Of a stretch of DNA of 64,000 bases, positions 57,301 through 64,000 are shown one piece after another. Both the position numbers and the translations under genes were made by a program. The DNA is from Bacteroidia bacterium (GTDB lineage Bacteria > Bacteroidota > Bacteroidia > SpSt-205). Under the pieces are notes generated by a model. That model was not told the origin of the DNA, did no database searches, and saw only the letters and a program-made list of their open reading frames with translations. The DNA is taken from NCBI GenBank assembly GCA_025062295.1, contig JANXAJ010000002.1, forward strand, positions 39,967 to 103,966. The letters are read 5' to 3'. Each line of letters begins with the position of its first letter. Position 1 is the first letter of the stretch.

Positions 57301-57638
57301 GCGATGGAGATGCGAGTGCCAATGTCTGATTTGCGAATCCCAAGCTCTTTTTCTACCGCCAGTTCTACAGGAAGTCCATGGGTGTCCCATCCTGCCCGTC
57401 GAGGCACTTGGTATCCCCGCATAGTTTTGTAGCGGCATACAAGGTCCTTCAAGGTGCGAGCAAAGACGTGGTGGATGCCAGGTTTGCCATTAGCGGAGGG
57501 GGGACCTTCATAGAACACAAAGAGGGGTCTGCCCTGCCGCCGCTGAACAGAGACTTCAAAAGTTTTTTCTTGTCGCCACCGCTTCAGTATCTCTTTCTCC
57601 CACTTCGGCAGCTGGAGCGGACCCAAACTCTTCCACAT
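54372..57638 (-). CDS. ileS: Isoleucine--tRNA ligase (type 2)
   Basis: EGPPSANGxPGIHH, GWDTHGLP, WTTTPWTLP, YPHCWR, WFDSG, EGVDQTRGWFY, KMSKR. Confidence 0.97.
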   Translation of the reverse strand: MWKSLGPLQLPKWEKEILKRWRQEKTFEVSVQRRQGRPLFVFYEGPPSANGKPGIHHVFARTLKDLVCRYKTMRGYQVPRRAGWDTHGLPVELAVEKELGIRKSDIGTRISIADFNKACKEAVMRYKDAWDALTERMGYWIDLEHPYITFEPSYIESVWWLLKQFYDKGLLYRDYTIQPYSPAAGTALSQHELNLPGAYRRVRDPSITVQFPDQEQASLYYLAWTTTPWTLPSNAALAVNPEFIYVEVETFQPYTAERIRMILAEGALSRYFPAEELPFTPEAIDRRAGKVPYRVLHRFKGEALLQRRYVPLFRYVEPEGNPWRIIPADFVTLEEGTGIVHIAPTFGADDLKAARKHQIPPIVARDEHQQPLPLVDKEGRFISQVIDFAGRYVKNYTDDPNYKPVDEDIIQNLRERGLLFRRDTYEHNYPHCWRTDKPILYYPVEGWFIRTSLLREKLVELNRHIEWHPPTIGEGRFGNWLENVEDWNLSRSRFWGIPLPIWRTRDGRYERCIGSLEELKMEIEKARSAGLMDHNPLDQPTFDPHRPFVDEIVLVAPDGSPMYREPDVIDVWFDSGAMPYAHLHYPFEGREKFAHFFPADFIAEGVDQTRGWFYTLHVIAAALFDSVAYRHVLVNGLVLDKEGNKMSKRLGNVIEPTELMEKYGADPTRWYLVSQSAPWENVRFDESRLQEKVRTFFGTLHNAYEFFALYARIDGYVPQPLPPFTQLSLIDRWIISETEKLTQQVLQAYESYFPTQAARLIEEFVVEKLSNWYIRLNRRRFWKGEQDADKWAAFTILRRTLLRIAQLMAPIAPFYAEILWQHLGEGESVHLSDFPEPEENFRTPELEATMEKVRLLASLLHSLRKKSGIRVRQPLPQALVPASYRPWLEPLADLLLQELNLKTLTYLADHSEAVIYELRPNYRLLGPSLGARLPAFAEYLRGLSQREILDIIEKGSLTWEGETYSLEAIEIRARALSGWLHASEGGLTVALDTRLTPELEREGWARELIHHIQVARKGAGLEVTDRIQLRISLPSPYVEALRPYQELIQQETLALTLNWATIPPSIPTTMFLDGIPMEIHIESIYEHA

Positions 57639-57643
57639 CTCTA

Positions 57644-57659
57644 CAAAAGTACAAAACTA
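57644..57659 (-). promoter_or_regulatory. Tandem -7 boxes TAGTTTTG-TACTTTTG before ileS
   Basis: Two abutting exact TAnnTTTG; proximal one is 5 nt before ATG 57638. Confidence 0.65.
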
Positions 57660-57700
57660 CCTTCCCTCTGTGCAGGAAAGGAAATACCTTCACCTCATCT

Positions 57701-58792
57701 ATGAGACGGCTGCGGCTCTACTGGGTAGTGGGTGAGCTTTCAGGAGAAATGCATGCCGCAGCACTTCTAAGAGCCCTTTATCAGCTTTATCCTTCCATAG
57801 AGTCGCGAGGAATGGGTGGAGAGGAGATGCAAGCTCTTGGCATGAGCCTTGCTGCTCACTGGAGGGAGTACAGCGTGGTCGGATTTGTAGAGGTGATAGG
57901 AAAGCTCCGTCGCTTCATTCGGCTCTATACCTTCTTGAAAAAGGATATCCTCTCATTTCATCCAGATAGGCTTATCCTAGTGGATTATCCCGGTTTGAAT
58001 CTGCGGTTAGCTCACTGGGCTGCGACTCAAGGATTGGGCGTAACCTACTTTATTCCGCCCCAGCTCTGGGCTTGGAATCCAGGCCGAGTGCGCTTTCTTC
58101 GGCACCCTCAAATACAGATCCTGTGCATTCTGCCATTTGAGCCTGCATTTTATGCGCAGTACGGAATTCAAGCCGAGTTTGTAGGGCATCCACTTGTAGA
58201 TCGGCTACGGAATGTAAAGCCTTTTCAGTGGTCAAAACCATACATTGCGCTCCTCCCAGGGAGTAGGCTCTCGGAGGTGAAACACATTTTACCCACTATG
58301 GCAGTCCTTCCTTCTTTCCTCCCTCACATGGATTTTATTGTCTCCAAAGTTCGGCATATCCCTTCTTCAATCTACCAGGAACGAGCTCCGAAACTTCCCC
58401 TGATAGAAGGCTCTACGCCTGAACTCTTGTGCGGTGCGGAGGCAGCTGTAGTTGCCTCTGGTACAGCGACTTTAGAAGCAGCCCTCGTAGGAACTCCCAC
58501 TGTAATCGTGTATAAAGGAAACCCTTTCTCCTATTCTATTGCCAAGAGGCTGGTTCGAGTCTCCTTCATCGGACTTCCAAACCTTATCTTAGGAGAAGCG
58601 GTCTTTCCAGAACTGATTCAACCTGAATATACACCTGCTAAAGTAGCAGAGGCTCTTCTAAATCAGCTTAGCCAGAGAGGCTCTATTCAAACGAAGCTTC
58701 AATCTCTACGGCAAAAATTAGAGGGACCTTCTGAAGGAGCTGTGCAAAAAGCGGCACAGGCCCTCATCACTGCCATAAAATATACAGGGTGA
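57701..58792 (+). CDS. lpxB: Lipid-A-disaccharide synthase
   Basis: GExSGxxH, VDYPGLNLR, PPQLWAW, ILPFE, VGHPL, LLPGSR, SGTATLE, LPNLI, ELIQ. Confidence 0.95.
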   Translation: MRRLRLYWVVGELSGEMHAAALLRALYQLYPSIESRGMGGEEMQALGMSLAAHWREYSVVGFVEVIGKLRRFIRLYTFLKKDILSFHPDRLILVDYPGLNLRLAHWAATQGLGVTYFIPPQLWAWNPGRVRFLRHPQIQILCILPFEPAFYAQYGIQAEFVGHPLVDRLRNVKPFQWSKPYIALLPGSRLSEVKHILPTMAVLPSFLPHMDFIVSKVRHIPSSIYQERAPKLPLIEGSTPELLCGAEAAVVASGTATLEAALVGTPTVIVYKGNPFSYSIAKRLVRVSFIGLPNLILGEAVFPELIQPEYTPAKVAEALLNQLSQRGSIQTKLQSLRQKLEGPSEGAVQKAAQALITAIKYTG

Positions 58793-59882
58793 AACGAAGG
58801 GTATTTTGGAGGGGGTGATTTTGCACGAGAGAGGTCAGATAGGCAATATCTATGCCCAATCGACGAAACTGAAAACCTGCACCGAGCGTCAAAAAGCGGC
58901 GATTCCCCTTCATTGGGTCCTCATAGAAGAAGCCGCCTCTCACCTTGAAAAGGCGATTATAGTCATATTCTGCTCCAATACTCCAGTAAATCTCCGAAAG
59001 CTCTTCTCGCCAGCCCCCTGGGGCATCCCCGAAGCTCCTAAACATGCCTTCTAAGAGAGCCACTTGTGCTGCTCCCCCAGCCGAGGGCACTAAGAGCTTG
59101 TTGAAGTCATTCGCTATCGTGAAGCGATTGAAATCATCAATCTGCAAAGTAAAAGAATAGCCCAGTCGCAGATTGGTCGGAATAAAGTCCCGCTGTCCCG
59201 AGGCTGTGTATGCCATTTTCGCTCCTATGTGCGAGATATGAGCACCCCAGCGAAAAGTCAAAGGAAGAGGCTGAGGTTTGACCTTGAGAGTCCAATCTTT
59301 CTGATAGTAGAAGCCGACATCCCCTGCGACAGAGCGTCCAGGCTGAGTGGTCAGGCCACCAACCGTCGTGGCCCCTGTCAAGTTACTCTGAATGTAGCGA
59401 AGGGCTACGCCAGCTGAGAGATTGCTTGCCAGAAGCCGACTATAACCAGCGGAGATAGCAAATTCATTTGCATCATACTCCCCTGTCTTGAGACCAGCAT
59501 TATCTGTAAATTCTATTTGCCCTAAGCTGAAAAAGGTCAGTGTCCCACCAATTGTTCCTGCTTTTTCACCAAGATGGGCATAGGCAGGCAGGTAGAAATG
59601 ATTAATGTCTCCGATGCCAAGGGCTCGAAGCCAAGGGGTGTAAGAGAAAGCTAGGCCCGCCCGACTCTCTGCCAGCGCCAGTGCCCCTACATTCCAGTGC
59701 ATACTATACATATTTGGGGGAAGTGCTACTCCTGTTTCAGCCATGCCGCCACTGCGCGCATCAGGACAAATCAGCAGAAAAGGTACGGCTGTCGTAATAG
59801 CCCGAATTTGACCCGCAGGATTGGACTGTGCCTGCCCAAAGGCTTGGGCTAAAAGCCCACTTATGACGAGTAGTCTTCTCAT
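58767..59882 (-). CDS. porV: Type IX secretion system outer-membrane shuttle PorV
   Basis: ITTAVPFLxIxPDARSGGM, SYTPWLR, FSLGxIxF, PTNLRLG, NKLLVP, KGNR, PLQNTLRF; start trimmed to MRRLL. Confidence 0.92.
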   Translation of the reverse strand: MRRLLVISGLLAQAFGQAQSNPAGQIRAITTAVPFLLICPDARSGGMAETGVALPPNMYSMHWNVGALALAESRAGLAFSYTPWLRALGIGDINHFYLPAYAHLGEKAGTIGGTLTFFSLGQIEFTDNAGLKTGEYDANEFAISAGYSRLLASNLSAGVALRYIQSNLTGATTVGGLTTQPGRSVAGDVGFYYQKDWTLKVKPQPLPLTFRWGAHISHIGAKMAYTASGQRDFIPTNLRLGYSFTLQIDDFNRFTIANDFNKLLVPSAGGAAQVALLEGMFRSFGDAPGGWREELSEIYWSIGAEYDYNRLFKVRGGFFYEDPMKGNRRFLTLGAGFQFRRLGIDIAYLTSLVQNHPLQNTLRFTLYILWQ

Positions 59883-59900
59883 GGAGCGAAAAGCCTCCCA

Positions 59901-59930
59901 CAAATGTAACGAGGTTCCTTCGTACTTTTG
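59901..59930. promoter_or_regulatory. Back-to-back -7 boxes for porV (TACATTTG, minus, 59901-59908) and tRNA-Ser (TACTTTTG, plus, 59923-59930)
   Basis: Two exact TAnnTTTG on opposite strands 14 nt apart. Confidence 0.7.
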
Positions 59931-59934
59931 CTAT

Positions 59935-60023
59935 GGAGGGATGCCGGAGCGGTCGAACGGGCCTGACTTGAAATCAGGTAGCTCACTCAAGTGAGCTCGG
60001 GGGTTCGAATCCCTCTCCCTCCG
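59935..60023 (+). tRNA. tRNA-Ser (TGA)
   Basis: GGAGGGA/TCCCTCC acceptor, CCTGA-CT TGA AA-TCAGG, long variable arm, G discriminator, no encoded CCA. Confidence 0.95.
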
Positions 60024-60024
60024 C

Positions 60025-61026
60025 ATGACGACCTTAGAGCAGTTTATTGCTGATCGTCAGCAAGAGGTGGAAAAAGCCACTGGCGCTTTCTCCAAAATCT
60101 TGCGAGACATTGGATTAGGGGCTAAAATGGTCAGCTTTTACTTGCGCCGGGCTTCACTCGCAGGGTTCCTCGGCGAACTCGGACTGACTAATATCCAAGG
60201 CGAAAGCGTCCAGAAGCTGGATGATATGGCGAATCGTCTTTTTATTCGGCTTTTCTCTCACAATCCCCACATAGCTGGGATCGCCACAGAAGAGGAGGCT
60301 GAAATCCTATCTACTAATCCCGATGGGAAATATGTCATTCTTTTAGACCCCCTGGATGGTTCTTCTAACATAGATGTAGGTGTGCCTGTAGGGACTATTT
60401 TTTCCGTGTATCGGCGTCTGACCCCTATAGGCACACCATGCACAGAAAGGGATTTTCTTCAAGGAGGGCGGCAGCAAGTAGCAGCGGGATACGTCCTGTA
60501 TGGTACGAGTACCCTTCTCTTTTACACAACAGGACGGGGGGTTCATGGCTTCACTTTAGAGCCAGCGGCTGGCGAATTTCTTCTGACTTATCCTCAAGTT
60601 CAAATGCCCTCCCATAGCTCATACTATTCCTTCAATGATAATCAGCTTCATGAGTGGAGCCTGGAACTTCAGCAGTATGTGGCTGACCTTCATTTGCGCA
60701 ATCAGAGAGCAGAGAAGCCACAATCTCTCCGATATGTGGGGTCTTTAGTAGCAGACTTCCATCGGAATTTGCTCAAAGGCGGCTTTTTCATGTATCCTGG
60801 CACTGTCAAGAAGCCGGAGGGAAAACTTCGCCTCCTGTATGAGGGATATCCGATCGCCTGGCTGACGGAAGAAGCTGGCGGCAAGGCGAGCAATGGCTAT
60901 CAGCCCCTCTTAGATGTCCCTCCTCACTCCATCCATCAACGCACTCCTCTTTTCATTGGCCCAGTAGAAGAAATAGAACGGCTCACTTCCTTCCTTCAAC
61001 GCAATGTCGCTGTGGAGACGACTTAA
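60025..61026 (+). CDS. fbp: Fructose-1,6-bisphosphatase class 1
   Basis: NIQGExVQKLD, DPLDGSSNID, RYVGSLVADFHRNLLKGG, GKLRLLYE, HQRTP. Confidence 0.96.
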   Translation: MTTLEQFIADRQQEVEKATGAFSKILRDIGLGAKMVSFYLRRASLAGFLGELGLTNIQGESVQKLDDMANRLFIRLFSHNPHIAGIATEEEAEILSTNPDGKYVILLDPLDGSSNIDVGVPVGTIFSVYRRLTPIGTPCTERDFLQGGRQQVAAGYVLYGTSTLLFYTTGRGVHGFTLEPAAGEFLLTYPQVQMPSHSSYYSFNDNQLHEWSLELQQYVADLHLRNQRAEKPQSLRYVGSLVADFHRNLLKGGFFMYPGTVKKPEGKLRLLYEGYPIAWLTEEAGGKASNGYQPLLDVPPHSIHQRTPLFIGPVEEIERLTSFLQRNVAVETT

Positions 61027-61732
61027 GCGTGCTCTTCGCGCTCTCCTCGGTAAAGCTGTGGAGAGCATAGAAGATCCTCGCCTGATTTTAGAGCAGAATA
61101 TCCGAGAGCTCAACGAGCAAGTCCCTAAAATGAATGAACACATTGCTTCTGTCAAAGCTACTGTTACACTCTTAGAACGAGAGCTGAGCAAGTATAAAAA
61201 AGAGTACAGTGACTTGATTGCTCGGGTGCGAGCAGCCCTTCAGCAGAATCGGGAAGATTTGGCGGAGCAGTATGCGCTCCGAATAGAGAACCTCAAAAGG
61301 AGCATTGCCCAAACCGAAACAGAATTAGAAGCGGCTCGGAAGGCTTATGAAAAGGCGCTCGAAGTAAAGAAGCTTTTCATGCGAGAGCGCGAAAGAAAAA
61401 TCCAAGAAGCACGAGCAGCCCTTCAGCAGTACGAACGAGCCAAATGGCAAGCAAAAATTGCGGATGCCTTTGAGCAGTTTGAAGTGGGTGGGATAGACCA
61501 GACCCACGACGAGATGGTTCGCCGGCTTCAAGAGAAGTCTGCGCAGTATGAGGCTCGCTTAGAACTTGCCTTAGAAAGCATTGATACCTCTCGGCTCAAG
61601 ATAGAAGAAGAGATGGAGCGAATCCAAGCTAAAGAATCTCTGGCGCGTCTCAAAGCTGAGCTTGGCATGGAAGAGTCTCCTCCACCTCAGAGAGAAAGAC
61701 CTGAAGGACCCGAGAAAGAACCCCTTCTGTGA
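61004..61732 (+). CDS. pspA: PspA/IM30 (bacterial ESCRT-III) family protein
   Basis: MSLWRRL amphipathic helix, EDPxxILEQxIR, long coiled coil, ALxxxREDLA. Confidence 0.85.
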   Translation: MSLWRRLKRALRALLGKAVESIEDPRLILEQNIRELNEQVPKMNEHIASVKATVTLLERELSKYKKEYSDLIARVRAALQQNREDLAEQYALRIENLKRSIAQTETELEAARKAYEKALEVKKLFMRERERKIQEARAALQQYERAKWQAKIADAFEQFEVGGIDQTHDEMVRRLQEKSAQYEARLELALESIDTSRLKIEEEMERIQAKESLARLKAELGMEESPPPQRERPEGPEKEPLL

Positions 61733-61959
61733 TGGCATACACACCCGAGGAGTATAATCAGCTGAAAGAGTTCTACAAAAAGGAGCTAAGAGAGCGAAGA
61801 GAGCTGTTGGAACAGTTTCGCTTAAGGCACCTCTCTGAGCGAGCACAGTGGCACTTGCATCAAATTCAAGTATCTTTAGCTCAGTTAGGCGTCAGTTCGG
61901 AGCCCTCTCCCTCATCTGAAGAGCCTTCTCCTCCTGTAGCTAATAAAACCCTCCTCTAA
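61729..61959 (+). CDS. Small hypothetical coiled-coil protein coupled to pspA
   Basis: Start overlaps pspA stop; charged helix (KEFYKKELRERRELL), low-complexity tail ending KTLL. Confidence 0.6.
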   Translation: MMAYTPEEYNQLKEFYKKELRERRELLEQFRLRHLSERAQWHLHQIQVSLAQLGVSSEPSPSSEEPSPPVANKTLL

Positions 61960-62254
61960 AAGGTCTCCCCCTTCATCTCCGGCCTCTTGTTAGTTTCTCC
62001 AAGGGAAGGAAGACAGAGGGGCTCGTGAGTTTAGGGCGGACGTGGGATTACTTGAGTAGGGGGGCTGTATCAGAGGCCTCCGGCATTCTACTGCGGCTGC
62101 TACTCAGAGGGGCTGAGGAGGATATACTTCTTAGACGACACTGGTAGGTGTGACGCCTTTACTATCCCGCTAAGGAATGAGGAGAAGCTAACACCTTCCA
62201 TGCAGTAGAAAGCAGAAATCTCTCTAGCAAGCATAATGTTTAATCGGAAGCCTT

Positions 62255-63679
62255 ATGACGAAAGAAGTTCGTTTTACACTGATTGGTGTCTTTATCGGAC
62301 TCTTTTTAGCGGCTTTAGATCAGACAGTAGTATCTACTGCTCTTCCTCGTATTCTGAAGGAATTGAGAGGTGAAGCGTGGTATGGATGGGTAGGAGCGTT
62401 ATACCTTTTGGGAAGTACGATCTCAGCTCCGATAGCAGGACGCCTTGTTGAGATTCTCTCACGCCGAGCTATTCTCTTAGGCGCTTTGGGACTCTTTGGG
62501 GCTGGCTCTTTTCTCTGTGGAAGCGCGATTCATCTTACCCAACTTCTTGCTTTTCGGTTTATCCAAGGACTCGGTGGTGGGGCTCTCTTCTCTTTAGCAT
62601 TTACGACGTTAGCGTGGTTTTTCCCTCCTCGAGAACGGAGCCGATGGGCTGGGATCGTCGGGGCAGTTTTTGGGATAGCAGGCGCTGTAGGACCCATTTT
62701 AGGGGGGGTGGTGGCTGAGACGATTGGCTGGCGCTGGGCTTTCTGGGGAAACCTGCCCTTCCTTCTTATTGCAGCAATTTTCGTAGCGCTACATCTTCCC
62801 ATTCAGCCAGCCCCTGAGCGGGCGCCAATGGATATTAAGGGGGCACTCCTTCTTGCAGGCTGGACCAGTGCCACACTTCTTGCTTTTTCCTTTTGGAGTC
62901 CAAAGAGGCTGGGCGAGCCAGTGTGGGGGGTGGTTCTATTAGGTGTAGGGATGCTCCTACTGGGAGCATGGATACGCACAGAGAGGTCCCAACTGAGCCC
63001 CCTCTTTGACTTAAGGCTTGCCCGGATTCCAACCTTCCGCTACGCTGCTCTGACAGGGTTCTTTTTTGGAGGGATATTTCTAACAGGTGTTACCTTTCTT
63101 CCCCTATACCTTCAAGAGGTGCTTGGTTATCCACCTCGGCATAGCGGTCTTCTTTTGCTGGCATTTACAGTGGGGGCAATCCTGAGCACAGGCGCAGCTG
63201 GACGATGGGTGAGTCAGCATGGACGATACAAGCCGATTCTCTTTTGGAGTGGGATTCTTCTGCTCCTCCTTTTTGGGTGGGCAGCTTTTGCTCTTCCTGC
63301 TACCTTCTCGGTCGGGGGGCTTACGCTGATAATGCTTCTTACAGCTTTTCCGCTTGGTCCCTACCAAGCTCTCCTTAGCGTGATAGGGCAAAACGACATA
63401 CCTCTCCATCGGATAGGCTCTGCTACGAGTGCGCTTCAGTTTATGCGACAAGTGGGTTCAGCCGTAGGGCTAGCCCTTGTAAATGCACTTTATCTCATAG
63501 GTACAGAGGGAAAAGACATCCCCACTGAAGCCCTCTTAGGTGGATTAAGAGCGACCTGCGGCGGAGCAGCAATACTCAGCATCCTTATGTGCGCTTGCGT
63601 ACTTCTTCTCCCTGATGGTCGCTTGCGCACTACTCACTGGAATCCCCTTTCGGAGAGCACCTCCAAGAGTAGCTCATAG
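62255..63679 (+). CDS. MFS drug-resistance transporter (DHA2/EmrB-QacA type)
   Basis: LAALDQTVVSTALP, RFIQGLGGG, FPPRER, GPILGG..WRWxFxxNLP, PLFDL, RQVG. Confidence 0.92.
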   Translation: MTKEVRFTLIGVFIGLFLAALDQTVVSTALPRILKELRGEAWYGWVGALYLLGSTISAPIAGRLVEILSRRAILLGALGLFGAGSFLCGSAIHLTQLLAFRFIQGLGGGALFSLAFTTLAWFFPPRERSRWAGIVGAVFGIAGAVGPILGGVVAETIGWRWAFWGNLPFLLIAAIFVALHLPIQPAPERAPMDIKGALLLAGWTSATLLAFSFWSPKRLGEPVWGVVLLGVGMLLLGAWIRTERSQLSPLFDLRLARIPTFRYAALTGFFFGGIFLTGVTFLPLYLQEVLGYPPRHSGLLLLAFTVGAILSTGAAGRWVSQHGRYKPILFWSGILLLLLFGWAAFALPATFSVGGLTLIMLLTAFPLGPYQALLSVIGQNDIPLHRIGSATSALQFMRQVGSAVGLALVNALYLIGTEGKDIPTEALLGGLRATCGGAAILSILMCACVLLLPDGRLRTTHWNPLSESTSKSSS

Positions 63680-64000
63680 GCACTATCTGGAATAGCAGGA
63701 AAGTTAGCAATGCGGAAGGTGGTATCCCGATAGGAACCGTACCCCCATCCAAGGTATAACCCTTTTTCTTGAGCCTTAGAGCGCAGGAGACTCCCCTGGG
63801 CTGAGCTCTGCCACTGAAAAGTGAGCACAGTTGGAGACCTCCAACTGGGAGGGAGCAGAGACATGAACCCTCGTTTTTGCATCTCCTCCTCTATCCACCG
63901 AGCCCGCTGCCACAGAAGCTCCTCCGTCGGAGGTTCCCGATCAGCAAAGACTCTGGACAGGAGAAAGATATTCAGCAGAGCAGGAGTATGAGGGGGCTCA
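63634..64000 (-). CDS. Class V aminotransferase (phosphoserine aminotransferase-like), C-terminal part; 5' end outside window
   Basis: Frame open to window edge: EPPHTPALLNIFLL...RSPTV...GxGYGxxRDTTFRIANFPAI. Confidence 0.7.
   Translation of the reverse strand, partial: EPPHTPALLNIFLLSRVFADREPPTEELLWQRARWIEEEMQKRGFMSLLPPSWRSPTVLTFQWQSSAQGSLLRSKAQEKGLYLGWGYGSYRDTTFRIANFPAIPDSAYELLLEVLSERGFQ

Noticed and set aside
61990-62020. GGAAGGAAG-ACAG resembling SRP RNA domain IV
   Set aside because: The matching 5' CAGG-NCC strand and GNRA-closed stem are missing

Overview
A very compact, mostly housekeeping stretch of a Bacteroidota chromosome. The assignment rests on the T9SS genes porU/porV, T9SS cargo proteins, the conserved ileS-dksA/traR-lspA block and TAnnTTTG -7 promoter boxes; a thermophilic lineage is only an inference. 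I count about 52 CDSs (two truncated by the window edges) and 5 tRNAs (Lys-CTT, Ala-GGC, Ala-CGC, Ser-GGA, Ser-TGA), and see no rRNA, CRISPR array, transposase or prophage. Notable content: futalosine menaquinone genes (mqnE-phosphatase-mqnA), an isolated nuoJKL fragment followed by a SirB2-cytochrome c fusion, an M43 metalloprotease, and a ~1900 aa beta-helix/Ig-repeat T9SS protein that shares a C-terminal scaffold with the protease. The most striking signals are architectural: (1) the -7 promoter box sits only 3-8 nt before the start codon of most transcription units, suggesting pervasive leaderless mRNA; (2) tRNAs abut each other, and fbp, with 1-3 nt spacers; (3) divergent promoters recur with a near-fixed 12-14 nt spacing; (4) a shared REP-like palindrome occurs twice between convergent genes. 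All functional calls come from motif recognition by eye; no database search was run.
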